Origin: the human T2T-CHM13v2.0 reference genome, Homo sapiens
NCBI RefSeq assembly: GCF_009914755.1
Contig: NC_060930.1
DNA length: 64,000 nt
Reading direction: 5' to 3' (one strand)
Shown here: piece after piece, positions 12,960-30,192 of the stretch
Numbering within the stretch: position 1 is the first letter of the stretch
How the letters are laid out: every line of letters begins with the position of its first letter
Program-made: the position numbers and the translations under genes
Notes under the pieces: model-generated
What the model saw: only the letters and a program-made list of their open reading frames with translations
What the model was told of the DNA's origin: nothing
Database searches by the model: none

Positions 12960-14279
12960 TATATTTTGCTTATTTTATTACCTTTTATTTTAAAATAAAA
13001 TGCAGCTTCAGAAAACCACACAAAGTAAATATATAGCTTAGCAAATTATTATAAGGTGAACAGCTTTGTAACCACCATTCATTTTAAGAAGTAGAATGTT
13101 GGCAGCCTCTCCAGAAATACCCCCATAGACCCATCTCCATCACAGCACTTCCCCTCCACTTCCTGAAGCACAATCTGGACATGTATAGGAAGTGCTTCCT
13201 TACATTTCCTTGTGATTTTACTACCCGAATGAGCGTCCCTAGATATGATATAGTTCAGTCTTGTCCATTTAAAGAAACTTGCTATATATTTGTGCCTCTT
13301 TTAATCTACAGTTTTCACAACCATTGGTTTCTTTTTCTTACAATATGTCTATGAAGAACCTAGAACATTTGACCTACCAGAGTCAACAATTTGGATTTTG
13401 TTGACTGTATACTCATGGTGCAGTTTGACATTTTCCACTGTCCTCTGTATTTCCTGCAGATTAGTAGCTGAATCCGTACTTAGGATTCAAGTTCAGTCCC
13501 TTCGGCAAAATGATAAGTTTTCATTAGAAGGCACACAATGTCTGATTTTCATTCTTTGTTAATGTTTAGAGCAGTTCATGTTCAAAGCTAAACTTAGAAA
13601 CAGTAATTTATTTAAAGTAGTTGATGTTCAAAGCTAAACTTAGATACAGTAATTTACTGGGGCTTCCAACAAGGTAGCATAATTGCGTGGCTTATTTTTC
13701 GTTTGTTAGCAGGTATAACTTTATAAGGTGATGTTTCCTCTCATCTATTATTACCCAGTAGCACAGTTCCTAAAGGAGAGGCAGTGTAAATGCTCAATTA
13801 TTTTTTTAAATTCAGTTTTAAAGATAATAAAGTGGTTCTCTGTCATCCTCAAAAGATGACCAATTTGCTTTATTTTAAATATCATTACAAAATTTTAAAT
13901 ATATTCAGGTTCCAATTGATTGTTAAATCTGTCCTTCCTGATACTTTCATTGTGTTATCTTTGGCCAATCAGAGCTTCTTTCAGTTTGACTATAAATTCT
14001 TTTGATATTATAAAATGATCTTTCCTTCTTTTGTGGTATTGCAAGATATTTTAGATCATCTTGTACATTTCTTGCACCAGACCTGGAATCAGCCATTTCT
14101 TGAAGAAGCTTGCATCTTCTAATACAAATGGTATATCAAGACATAATCTAGCTCCAGGATTACTCAGTGGACTTGGGTTTGTCATTGTTTCTAGGTTTTT
14201 ATCAGCAAATTTATTCTAACTTTCTTAATTCAAATGTATGACTATGGGACTTTGGCTTTACCTTTCTATATTACATCTT
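12960..14279 (-). mobile_element. Old L1M (MC/MD/ME-type) 3' region; continues at about 16915-17740
   Basis: ccagacctggaatcagccatttct and related motifs typical of L1MC/MD. Confidence 0.6.
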
Positions 14280-17303
<3,024 letters not shown>

Positions 17304-17739
17304 GACTTTCTTTATTCTACGTTACCAATATGACAGCCTCTGAATAACAAAACTAAGATCGCGATTATGGTTACTGAAAGCAATTAAATTTGTTTTTATA
17401 TGTTCTCTTTATTCTTCCCTTATCCTTAAAAAAATGAACAATATATATATCGTCATATTATAAAGTCATTATAAACTGTCGTGCCTTTCTCCTTAAATCT
17501 TAGTTCTGTGAATAACAGTGTTGACCCCAGTTGCTGTATCAATGTCTCTCAAGTCTTTTAGCTGTCTGAAGCTCCTTCTCTAGTAAATTCCAAAGGAAGA
17601 TTCAATGGGAATGATACTGCCTCAGTTCCTGCATGTCGATAACAGTTTATCTATGGCCTTTATATAGTTTTTATTTTCTTTGCTTCAGTGTCTTAAATAT
17701 GTTAAATCATGTTTTTTTCTGGCATAATGTGCAGCTATC

Positions 17740-18232
17740 AAAAAAGAAGGATATCCTGCCATTTGTGACAGCATGAATGAACCTGGAGGACATTAGGCTA
17801 AGTGGAATAAGTAAGGCACAGAAAGGCAAATACTGCATGATCTGACTTATATGTGGAGTCTAAAGAAACAAAATTCACAGAAGCAGAGGATAGGATGGTT
17901 TCCAGGGACTGGTGGGGGTGGGAGTTAGAGGAGAGATTGAGAAGATGTTGGTTAATGGACACCAGATTTTAGTTAGATAGGAAAAGTAAGTTCAGTAGAC
18001 CTATTGTACAACATGATGATCCTAGTGTAACAATGTAACAATGTATTATATATTTGAAAATTGTTAAAACATAAATTTTAAATGATCACATCACAAAAAA
18101 GTATGTTGATAATAGCTAGGTAATGGATATGTTAATTAATTTGATTTAGTCATTTGACAATATATACATAAATCAAATATTATGTCATAATCATAATATA
18201 TACATTTTTATTTGTCAATTAAAAAATTTAAA
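17740..18232 (+). mobile_element. L1MA/MB 3' end
   Basis: atcctgccatttgtgacagcatgaatgaacctggaggacatt...tgtcaattaaaaaa. Confidence 0.85.
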
Positions 18233-18529
18233 CACCTGATAATAGCCTCTTTGTTTACATACAAATCATGTGCTATTTTTGCATAGATTAAAAAAAGGAT
18301 TTTTTACTGTTTACAGAAAGTTCATTAGTTTTAATAAATTATGTATAGTTATTAGTTGTCTGGGTAAACAGTCTCAGGTACATATGTTCTTCTAAGATGT
18401 TGTTTTAATTTTAGGAAAGTTTTCTTAAATTATAGTGTTTGTATTTGTTCATTTTCTTGTTTTGCTTTTTTCTTTCAGAAATTTTCATTAGTTACTTTCT
18501 TTTTTCCTTTTCACTTTTAATCTCTTTAT

Positions 18530-18740
18530 TTACTTTTTATTGAGGTAAAATATACATATCATATAGCATACCATGTAACCATTTTTAATTGGACAACTCA
18601 TTTACATTAAGTACATTTACATTAAATACATTTAGTGTGTGCAACTGTGAACACTATCATTTTCCAGAACCTTTTCATCATCCCAAACTGAAACTCTGTA
18701 CCTATTAAACAATAGCTCTTTAATCCTCACGCCCTTCATT
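18530..18740 (-). mobile_element. L1MB 3' end fragment
   Basis: tttttattgaggtaaaat...ttccagaaccttttcatcatcccaaactgaaactctgtac. Confidence 0.75.
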
Positions 18741-18814
18741 TACTCTCAATTTTAGAAAGTTTTCTTCTTACTTTTCTTAAGGCATTTTTTGTTGTGTTTA
18801 TTTGCTTCCCACTC

Positions 18815-21800
18815 CCAGATTTATTGATGTATAAATGACAAATAAAAATGATATATATTTAAGGTGTACAATGTAATGTTTTGATATCCATATACACTGT
18901 AAAATGATTACCACAATCAATGAAATTAACAAAATTCATCATCTCACTTAATGATGGTGGTTTATTTGTGGTGAGAATACTTAAGACTTACTCTCTTTTA
19001 GCAAATGTCAGGTATACAATACATTATTGTTAACTATAGTCACCTTGCTATACTTGCTGATCTTCAGAACTTACTTCTTACATAACTGAAACTGTGTACC
19101 CTTTGACCAACATCTCCCCATTTCCTACACCCAAGCCCCTGAGAACCATGATTCTCTTCTCTCCTTCTATGAATTTGACTTTTTTAGATTCCACAGAAGT
19201 GTGGTCATACAGTATTTGTTATTCTGTGACTGGCTTATTTCTCTTAGCATAATGTTCTCCATGTTTGACCTTGTTGTTGCAAGAATAATATTCCATTGTG
19301 CACACATCCACATATTTCTTTACCCATGCATCCATCAATGGATGCCTAGGTTGTTTTCATGTCTTGGCTATTGTTAATAATGCTGCAATGAAATGGGAAT
19401 GCAGATATCTCTTTGAGATACTGATATCATTTCCTTTGGGTATGTACCGAGAAGTGGGATTTTTGGATCATATGGTATTTCTATTTTTAATTTTTAAGGA
19501 ACTTATGTACTGCTTTTCATAATTGCTGTATGAATTTACATTCCCACCAACAGTGTATAAATAACAGTTCCTTTTTCTCCATACCCTCACCAAAACTTTT
19601 ATCTTTTTGATAATAGCCATCCTAACAGGTATAAGGTCATATTCCATTGTGGTTTTGATTTGCATTTTCCTGATGATTGGTAATATTGAACATTCTTTCA
19701 TATACCTGTTGTACATTTTTATGTCTTTCTTTGAGAAATGTCTATTCAAGTACATCGCTCATTTTTGAAATCAGGTTATTTGTTTTCTTGCTATTGAGTT
19801 GAGTTCCTTATACATTTTGAATATTAATGCCTTATCAGATATATAGTTTGCAAATATTTTATCTCTTTCCATAGGTCATCTCTTACTCTGTTGATTGTTT
19901 CTTTCGCTGTGCAGAAGCTTTTGGATTTGATTTAATCTAGTTTTTCTATTTTTGTTTTTGTTGCCTGTGTTTTTGAGGTCATATCCAAAAAATTATTGCA
20001 CAGACCAATGTCAAGAAGTTTTTCCTCTACGTTTTCTTCCAATAAATTTACAGTTTTAGGTCTTATGACTAAGTCTTCGGTCCATTTTGAGTTGATTTTT
20101 GCATATGATGTGAGAAAACTGTTCAATATCATTCTTCTGCATGTGAATAGCCAGTTTTCCTCACATTATTTATTGAACTAACAATTCTTTCCCCATTGTC
20201 TGTTCTTGGTATCTTTGTCAAAGATCAATTGGCCATAAATGTGTAGATTTATTTCTGGACTATTTTGTTCCATTTGTCTTTATGTCTATTTTTATGCCAG
20301 TACCATACTGCTTGAATTACTACAGCTTTGTAATATATATTTGAAATGAGTCAATGAAATGACTCCAGCTTTGTTCTGCTTGCTCAAGATTGTTTTGGCT
20401 ATTTGAAGTCTTTGAGGCTCCATATTAATTTAAAATTCATTTTCTATTTCCATGCAAAATGTCATTAGAATTTTGATAGGCATTGCATTGAATCTGTAGA
20501 TTGCTTTTTATGGTATGAACAATTTACCAATATTAATTCTTCCAATCTGTGAACATAGCATATTTTTCCATTTATTTGCTTTTTCTTCATCTCTTTCATC
20601 AATATTATAGAGTTTTCAGTACACAAATCTTTTACTTCCTTGGTTAAAATTTGCACCATTGATTCAACTCACCTCTTTACTGTTGAGTGTGATGTTAGCT
20701 GTGAACTTGTCATATATGGCTTTTATTCTGTTGAGGAACATCCTTCTATACCTAATTTGTTGAGCATTTTTATCATCAATGGATGTTGAATTTTGTCCAA
20801 TGATTTTTCTGCATCTATTGAGATGATCATATGGTTTTTGCACTTCAGTCTATCAATATGGTGAATCACATTTATTGGTTTGCATATGTTGAGCCAACTT
20901 TGCATCTCAGTGATAAATCCCACTTGATTATAATAAATGATCCTTTTAATGTATTGTTGAATATGGTTTGCTAGTATTTTTTGAGGACTTTTACATTTAT
21001 GTTCAGCAGTGATATTGACCTGCAGTTTTATTTTCTTGGAGTGTCTTTGTCTGGCTCTGGTATCTGGACTTGTAAAACAAATTTGGAAGTATTTGCTCCT
21101 TTTTATTTTTTCAGGAGAGTTTAGGAGTTTAAGAAGGCTTGGTATTAGTTCTTATTTAAATGTTGGGTAGAATGCAATTATAAATCCATCTGATTCTGTG
21201 CTATTCTTTGATGGGATTTTCTTTTAATTACGAATTTAATCTCTTTGTTCCTTATTGGTCTGTTTAGATTTCCAATTTCTTTTTGGTTCAGTCTCACTAA
21301 GTTCTATGTTTCTAGAAATTTATCTCATTCTTCTAAGTTGTCCAGTTTTTTTAGACATGATTATTTATACCAGTCTCTTAACATCTCATTCTTCTAAATT
21401 GTCCGATTTTTTGGCATATGATTATTTATAATAGTCTCAATATCCTTTGTATTTCTGTGTCATTTTTAAATTTTATTTGATTATTTTCTTATTTTTATTC
21501 TAAATTGGTCTAGCTAATGATTTGTCAATTTTGCTTATCTTTTCAGAAAACCAACTCAGTTTTGTTGATTTTTTTAATTGTTTTTCTAGACTTTATTTCA
21601 TTTATTTCTGCCCTGATCTTTGTTATTTTATTCTTTCTGTTAACTTTAAGTTTAGTTTGTTCTTCTTTTTTAAAAAAAATTACTTGAGGTATAACATTAG
21701 GTTGTTTATTTGAGATCTTATTTTTTGATTTAGGCATTTATTGCTATAAACTTCCCTCTTAGAACCACTTTTGCTGCATCCCATAAGTTGTAGTATGCTA

Positions 21801-21940
21801 TGTTTCCTTTTTCACTTGTCTCAATATATTTTAAAATTTGTCCTTTAATTTCTTCTTTGACCCAATAGTTGTTCAGGAACATATTATTAATTTCCATATA
21901 TTTGATAATTTTTAATGATTCCTCCTGTTATTGATTCTAA
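18815..21940 (-). mobile_element. L1MA element (3' UTR plus degraded ORF2, internal deletions)
   Basis: Track ORFs are L1 ORF2-like (NRHFSKKDI...IRKMQIKTT; INVIHHIDRLKCKNHMIISIDAEK; KIRAEINEI). Confidence 0.95.
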
Positions 21941-22636
21941 ATCCTTCCTTTTATTCAGGGGCCAGAAGTAATATGTAGCACAAAAAGAAGAGTAAAGGTA
22001 TCTACTCTTAAATCGATACCCAAATACTTAGATGTTTTACTCTGGCTTTTTAAACTCCAGGCTTTGACTTCTTCATCAGTAAAATGACAGGGATAGGAGC
22101 AATTGTTTCTAAATTTCTACAGGCATCATAGTGTGTTAGCTAGGACATCAGTATATCAGCTATCTTTGCTGCAATATTGGCAAGAGGAGGCAGAACTGAT
22201 ATCTACACATAAACTAAGAGTTGTGGGGAGGATTGCTTCTAGGTACAATGATGATATGTGTTTTGTGGAAAAAGCTACATGTTATCAACTGGAAGCCATG
22301 ACACTGGGAGCCTGAACCCTCTTTGGATTGTAACACCTATACCTAAGATTATGCTGTCAGAAAGAGCACTCTTCTTGCATGAACCCTGAGGAACTATTGA
22401 AGGATGAACAGCTCCAAACATGGCCTTAGAAATGGCTTTTTAGTATATTGATTTTACCATCCACACCAGTCATCCTAAACTCAAAAGGATAACTAAAGAA
22501 AACTCAAAAGGAGTACTAAAGACAAAGTAGGTTCATTGCAGGGCTTCCTTCAGGTAGGAGGTTGTGGTACTGGCCTTGAAGGCTATGCTCACTTTCCCTG
22601 TATGAAGCCAGTGGGGACAAAGAGTCTCTTACTGAC

Positions 22637-22731
22637 CTGTGCAAATAATCACGGGGTACTAGGACCTATGTTTGCTGGAGAAGCTGAAGTAGTCTGGGTA
22701 GATGGGTGCTTAAAAGTCATTATAATTGAAA
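22637..22731 (-). pseudogene. Candidate fossil exon (95 nt)
   Basis: Acceptor catttatttttAG, donor cag|GTCAGT; LPRLLQLLQQT with flanking stops. Confidence 0.4.
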
Positions 22732-23529
22732 CTAAAAATAAATGTGATCTTATTTTATAAGACAAGCTAATGAAGTAGAACATGCCAAGTACGTCATTAT
22801 GATTATTCAAGAAACTTATAATACTGGACATTTTTTTTCCTAGAACAGGAAGTCAAATACAAAAATGCCTGATTTTTAAATCATTTAAAATCATTTTTAT
22901 AAAATGACTTGGTTAGTGATATGTATATAGAGTAAAATATCTATTATATCTAACATATCTGTTATATCTATTATATATCTTATATAATATCTATTTATAT
23001 ATATAATTTTGTTCAGACATTATCCAGATAATAGAAATGGTCAATGATATGCATCTCATATGATTATACATAGCTATATATTCTATGATAGCTCACCATA
23101 AGAGATAGTATCTGAACCTAAATTTCTATGAGATTACTCCATAAACAGCCTCTAGGAACTTAAGCTAATGTTCATATGGGAATAATTTGCAATTAATACT
23201 TCAAAATATGATTAGATTAGCAGGATTGATTACATAAAAGATTACGTAAGTCTCATTACCTGAATTCTACTCCTAAGTACTTTAAATATTTCCTCTGAAA
23301 TTTCCTTATTTTATTTATTAATCCAGAAGAGTTTGTTTTTAGATATTTTACTAAACTTTTACCCAACCTTCATAAACACTCCTTGAGACACTATCAAAAT
23401 CCTCATGATTTTATTTTACGTCATTCAGTGCTGTACCAATTGGTTCTACACAGATTTTGTCCAGCTTTTCATGGGTAATCAACAGTGTCTAGCATTGGCA
23501 AGAGGGTATCTTTCTTTCTGTCTTGAGGT

Positions 23530-23880
23530 TTATCTGACACCTGGCTTGTAATGCCCAGGGGAATCCACTGTGCATTTACATACGCACAGCCCAGAAGTGT
23601 GGGAGACTTACATTATGGGGTCGCCTTGGTCAATGGGGGATGGAATAGTTATAGAAATACTTTGTTGTTCTTACATAATTCAGGTGGACAGTTCTGGGAG
23701 ACTTTTCATAAAGCTCTGTGAAAAGTCACAGCCTCAGGTAGTTGCCTGTAATCTAGCCATCTCCATAACACATTCTTGTATTGGTTTTTCTTCTTTTCAT
23801 TTTACGATCCCTGTTCCTGTGCTCCCTGCTTCCTGAAATCACTTTCAGTTCAACTACTTGCAGGGCAAGTCACTGTCTAA
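23530..23880 (+). mobile_element. LTR16-like ERVL LTR fragment
   Basis: cagcccagaagtgtgggag...tcaggtggacagttctgggag...ctgcttcctgaaatcact. Confidence 0.6.
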
Positions 23881-23899
23881 TGTTCTATCCTTCAAACTC

Positions 23900-25165
23900 C
23901 ATTCTTATTAACTGGAATATATTTCCATTCTTTTCAGACGAAGGGCCAAACCGGGCAAGAAATTTTACTGGTACCTTTGTTGCTTCATAAGCAGTCAGAA
24001 ACAAAATATTGGTTCACTCCTCTTAACTTTTTTCTTTTTTTGTTTTGAGATGGAGTCTCGCTCTTTTGCCCAGGCGGGACTGCAGTGGCGCTATCTTGGA
24101 TCCCTGCAAGCTCCGCCTCCCGGGTTCACGCCATTCTCCTGCCTCAGCCTCCCGAGTAGCTGGGCCTACAGGTGCCCGCCACCACGCCCGGCTAAATTTT
24201 TTTGTATTTTTAGTAGAGACAGGGTTTCACCTTGTTAGGCATGATGGTCTCGATCTCCTGACCTCGTGATCTGCCTGCCTTGGCCTCCCAAAGTGCTGGG
24301 ATTACAGGCGTGAGCCACCACGCCCGGCCCACTCTCTTAGCTTATGTCATAGGTTAAAAAGAACATTGCCAGTAGGCCTTCACTCTTCTGAATGGGCACT
24401 ATTTGTTAGGTCTCTTTATCCATGGATTGGAGTAAATGAGGCAATGATTGGAAGTTTACTCATACTAGGCTGTATAGCAGATTCTACTGCAAAAGCTACA
24501 GTTACATTCTTCCTAAAATTGTGCTAAATGAAGGAATTGCTCTAGATTACTAACTGACTAAATGGAGAAGTGTCTGTGCAGTTGCTCATACTTCTAACTG
24601 TTCATGGAGGAATACACTGGATATTATAGAGGCTCAGTTGTAGAGGATTAGCAAAGGGACTGCTTGGTTAAAGCAAGTAGACTCTTTATCAAGCTCATTC
24701 TTTCATCTATTTGATTTTAATTGCTTTGGTTTATGGGGACCCTGGCTAAGGAGCATATTCTAAACTCTTGGTATTATCCTCCTGATAGTCATAATAGTAG
24801 TCTCCCTGTTGTGCTGTATTATCTCAAAAGTTTTAAGCGTTTGCATGGAACCATTTCTAGATTGTTCTATGGTCTCCAGCTGGAATGATAAGAGCTCGAA
24901 GAAATGTGTGGCCATTAGGACACCACAATTTATAAATGATGTGCTGTGACCAGAAACCCCAAATGATATTAACTGAGAGTGGCACTAAGGCCCTAAGTTT
25001 TGGTCACTTGTTTCTGTACGTCACTTCCATTTTCTTTCCTTTCCTTTCCTTGTTTCTATCCATAAATCTTCTTCCACCATATGGCTCTGAGCCTACTCTG
25101 GCTCAGGAGACTGCCCAATTCATGAATCATTCCTTCTCAAATTAAATTCTGTTAAATTAAAAAAA
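23900..25165 (+). mobile_element. ERV1 (MER4/MER57-group-like) env remnant plus partial 3' LTR
   Basis: RLKR furin site (24351-24362), ISD-like KIVLNEGIALDY*L, decayed CX6CC (CAVAHTSNC), transmembrane LGIILLIVIIVVSLLCCII; then an LTR-like tail ending ATTAAA...A-run. Confidence 0.85.
24028..24329 (-). mobile_element. AluY inserted in the ERV env remnant
   Basis: Y diagnostics; TSD cactcctcttaactt/cactctcttagctt. Confidence 0.93.
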
Positions 25166-25340
25166 TTAGTTTAAATTTAATTTTAGTTGAAAATTTAGTA
25201 CTAATTAAATAAATATATGAGTATGCTGAAAAATTGATTCCAGTCATCATTTTGGGTCTTCCAAAACCCCCAGATAAAACCAGAGAGAGATCAGATAGCA
25301 AAAGCAGAAAACTCATAAAAAACATTTCAAAAAAAATTGG

Positions 25341-25775
25341 TGTATTAGTCAGGGTTCCCTAGAGGGACAGAACTAATAGGATAGATATATATTAAAGGGG
25401 AGTTTATTAAGTATTAACTTACACGATCACAAGGTCCCACAATAGGCTGCCTGCAAGTGAGGAGCAAGGAGAGCCAGTCTGAGTTTCAAAACTGAAGAAC
25501 TGGAGTCTGATGCTTGAGGGCAGGAAGCATCCAGCATGGGAGAAAGATGCAGGCTGGGAGTCTAGGCCAGCCTCACCTTTCACATTTTTCTGCCTGCTTT
25601 ATATTCGCTGGAAGCTGATTAGATGGTACCCACCCAGATTAAGGGTGGGTCTGCCTTCCCCAGCCCACTGACTCAAATGTTAATCTCCTTTGGCAACATC
25701 CTCACAGACACACCCAGGATCAATATGTTACATGCTTCAGTCCAATCAAGTTGATACTCAGTATTAACCATCACA
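25341..25775 (-). mobile_element. MLT2A solo LTR (HERV-L)
   Basis: tgtattagtcagggttccctagagggacagaactaatagg...cagtattaaccatcaca. Confidence 0.9.
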
Positions 25776-25909
25776 CTAGGCAAGGTATAGTAGCAAACAC
25801 CAAACTATGTGCAGCTGGAGACAAACCACCAGCACTCACAAAATATGAGTCTTATCAGTATCTTCGTGGGAGAAACCAGAGAGATGCAACAAGGCATCCA
25901 ACAAACAAG

Positions 25910-26291
25910 TGATATGGTGTGTCTCTGTGTACCCATCCAAATCTCACGTTGAATTGTAATCCCTCATGTTGTGGGAGGGACCTAGTGGGAGGTGATTGGA
26001 TCATGGGGATGTATTTCTCCATTGCTGTTCTCGTGATAGTGGGTTCTCACGAGAGCTGGTTGCTTGAAAGTGTGTAGCACTTTCCCCTTCACGCTCTCTC
26101 CCTCCTGCTCCTGCCATGTAAGACGTGCTGGCTTCCTCTTTGCCTTCTGCCATGATGGTCAATTTCCTGAGGCTTCCCCAGCCATGCCTCCTGTACAGCC
26201 TATGGAACTGTGAGTCAATTAAACCTCTTTTCTTCATAAATTACCCAGTCTCAGGTAGTGCTTTCTAGCAGTGTGAGAATGGGCTAATATA
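25910..26291 (+). mobile_element. MSTA/THE1D-like MaLR solo LTR
   Basis: tgatatgg...ccaaatctcacgttgaattgtaatccc...aattaaacctcttttcttcataaattacccagtctcagg. Confidence 0.9.
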
Positions 26292-26815
26292 AATACACTG
26301 AGAAAAGGGGAAAAGGCGTTCTCAGGCCAAGTTGAGAAGAGAAGCTGAAATTGGGCAGGACTTTGCCCACTCCATTAGTGTTGAGTGCAACCTATCCCTA
26401 GATTCTTTTTAGGGCAGGGCTTCACAATGAGCAGAAACTGCTGTTAGTGGCATAAAAATTGAGCAGGATAGGCACAACTAAGAAAAAGGAGAGGAAAGAT
26501 TCAATTAAAGTGCAGGAGGGGAAAAGTGCCAGAAAATCACACAAAGTAATTACCATATCTTAAAATACCACATGAAAACAACAGAACAGTGTGCTCTGTA
26601 ATGTTAGAAAATACATTTGGACCAAGACTCCTTCTAAATTTATGGAAAACTACATTCACCTAAAAATAAACAACAGAAAACTATTAAGATCAAATTCCAT
26701 ACAAAGTTATTGTATGAAAAAAGAGAATAAGAAGTAGAATCACAGTTGTATAAATAATTACAGCATTCCAGAAACGTGCTGAAAAACAGGTTGAAATTGT
26801 AGTATTTCAAAATTA

Positions 26816-27162
<347 letters not shown>

Positions 27163-27324
27163 CTCACCAGAAATTGAAGTGTTTACTAGAGAACATAAAT
27201 CAGAAGTAGAAAAATTAAGGAATGACTTGATAGAATTGATGAAAATGTTGACAATAAAAGAAAAAATTATTTTAGAAATGAGGACTAAACCAGAAGGATC
27301 ACAAAAGTAAGTAAACAGATATAC

Positions 27325-29582
27325 TACATTGACAGAATGAAGGATAAGAGTCATGTGATCATCTCAATAGATGTAGAAAAAGCATCTGACAAAACACAAC
27401 AATCTTTCATGATAAAGACTCTCAACTAATTAAGTATAGAAGAAATATACTTCAACATAAGAAAGGCCATATTTGACAAACCCACAGTAAACATCATATT
27501 TGACCATGAAAGGTTGAAAACAGCTTCTCCTCTAAGATCAAGAACAGGAAAATGATGCCTACTCTCCCCACTTGTTTTCAATATAGTACTGAAAGTCCTA
27601 GCCAGGGCAATTAGACAAGAGAAAGAAATAAAAGACATCCAAGTTGGAAAGCAAGAAACAAAATTGTCTCTGCGAATGACCCAATCTTTTGCATAGAAAA
27701 TCCCAAAGACTCCATCTGATAAACAAATTCAATAAAGTTGCAGAATACAAAATCAAATTTAAAAATAGGTGTGTTTCTATCCACTCACAACGAATTACTG
27801 AAAAAGGAAATTAAGAACACAATCTCATTTAAAGTAGCATAATAAATACTTAGGAGTAAATTTAACCAAAGAAGTGAAAGAACTGTATACTAAAAACTAT
27901 GAAACATTGATGAAAGAAATTGAAGATATCCTGTATTCATGAATTGCAATAATTAATATTATTAAAATATCTATAGTGCCCAAGTGATCTAAAGATTCAG
28001 TGCAATTACTATCAATATTCCAAAGCCATTTTTTCAACAGAAATAGAAAAAACAATCATAAAATTTCTGTGGAACCACAAAAAGTCCTGAATGGCCAAAA
28101 CAATTTGACCAAAAAGAACCAAGCTAGAGGCATCACACTACCAGATTTCAAATATATTAAAGAGCTATAGTAATAAATAAAGCTATAGTAATAAATAAAC
28201 TATAGTAATAAAAGAGCATGATACTGGCATAAAAACAGACACATTGACCAATGGAATAGGATAGACAGGACAGAAATAAACCCACACATGTATTGTCAAT
28301 TGGTTTTCAATGTAAGTGTCAACAAGACACTATGTGGAAATATTCAGCATTCCCAACACCATTTATTTAAGTCGCTGCAATAAATGGTATTGGGAAAACT
28401 GAATATACATATACAAAACAATGAAAATGGACCCTTATCCTTTATATAAGAATCAGCTAAAAATCAATTAAAAATATAAATGTAAAACTTGAAACTATAA
28501 AACTACTAGAAGAAAACATAGGGGAAAATCTCCATGACATTGGTGTGGGCAGAGATTTCTTGGACATGACCTTAAAAGCACAGGCAATGAAAGCACAAAT
28601 AGACAAATGGAATTGCATCAAATTAAGAAACTTCTGCACGAGAAAGGTAAATAGAATGAAGAGATAATGCGTGGATTGGGAGAAAATATTTGCAAATAAT
28701 GTATAGGATAAGGGGCTAATCAAAATATACAAGGCACTCAAACTACTCAGTAACAAGAAAACAAATAATCTTATTAAAAAGTGGGCAAAGGACTTGAATA
28801 GACATTTCTCAAAAGAAGACATACAAATGGCCAAAGGATATATAAAAAAAGTTTAACATGTATAATCATAAAGAAAAGCAGATTAAAACTAGGATGAGAT
28901 ATCATCTCACTCCTGTTAGATTGGCTATTACCAAAAAGATGAAAGAAAGCAAGTGTTGGCAAGAATGTGAAGGAGAGGAAACACCTATATACTATTGTCC
29001 ATCAACAGAGGAGTGGATTTTAAAAATGTGGTATATACATACAATGGAATACCATTCAACCTTAAGAAAACACAGGAAATTCTGTCTCTATGGCAGCATA
29101 GGTGAACCCAGGAGACATTATATTAAGTGAGATAAGCCAGGCACAGAGATACTTACAATATGATTTCACTTATATGTGAAATCTAAAAAAATCAAAGTCG
29201 TTCAAGTCGAGAGTAGAATGGTGGCTACCAGAGGCTAGGGTGGGAAGTTGGAGGGAGGAGGGGTGGTCAGGGAAAAGGGGGACATTGGTACAGGGGTACA
29301 AAGTGTCAGTTAGCTAGGAGGAATGTGTTCTGATGTTCTTTTGCACAGTAAAGGTGTAACGTGACTATAGTTAATAATAATATCTTGTATATTTCAAAAT
29401 AGCTAAAAAGGATGAATTTTAAATGTTCTAACCACAAAGAAATGATAAACATTTGAGGTGATGGATATGCTAATTATCCTGATTTGATCATTCCACAAGG
29501 TATACATGCACTGAAATATCACATTGTACCCCATATATACAGTAAAATTATTGTCAATTAAAACAAAAAAAGAAAAAGAAAG
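27325..29582 (+). mobile_element. L1MA, 5'-truncated (ORF2 3' part plus 3' UTR)
   Basis: QIKTRMRYHLTPVRLAITKK; L1MA-type 3' UTR and A tail. Confidence 0.95.
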
Positions 29583-29649
29583 TAGGATTTAGAGAAGTAG
29601 CTTCACACAGTAAAATTTATCACTTGTGTAAAGTCTAATACAGATATTT

Positions 29650-29905
29650 CTGGGCAACTTCCCTCAAACTGGATAATTTCTTGATGAGGGTGTCTTCATG
29701 ATATCCAAGGCTGCAGCAGCATGGAGAAGGCATGCTGCATATGTGGCCTTCTGGTCACATTCCATTGGCCAGAACTCATTGTTCCTATGTGTGAAAAAGG
29801 GGATTGGGAAATACAGTACCTGGCTGGACAGCTGCTTTCCAGAAGCTACGATAGACTATGGAAGGGAAAAATTAAGCTTTGGGGGTTAGCTGACCATTTC
29901 AGCTA
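29650..29905 (-). mobile_element. Old MLT1 fragment
   Basis: cacattccattggccagaact...ttagctgaccatttcagctaca. Confidence 0.5.
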
Positions 29906-30192
29906 CAGAAACCTTTCCCAGATAGGTGTCTATGGACTTCCTCTGACACAGCTGTGGTCGAGTTAATTATTGGCCAGAGAATGGGAAAACCATGATTGGT
30001 TTAAACCAATGCATATTTATCTTTTAGCGGTTTATAGGGTCATCCTCTCTGAGTGATAAATGTCTGAATAAAATTGGGGTTCTATGGAAAAAAGTAAAGG
30101 CCTACTAATAGTGCCCTCTAGTCACTACTATGACTTATATCTTTTTCAAAATGGTTACACTCATCTGAACATGAGCAGAGAATGGATGTCAC

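Noticed and set aside
24351-24860. Possible co-opted syncytin-like env gene
   Set aside because: Multiple in-frame stops, a frameshift, a broken CX6CC motif and an upstream AluY insertion; non-coding.
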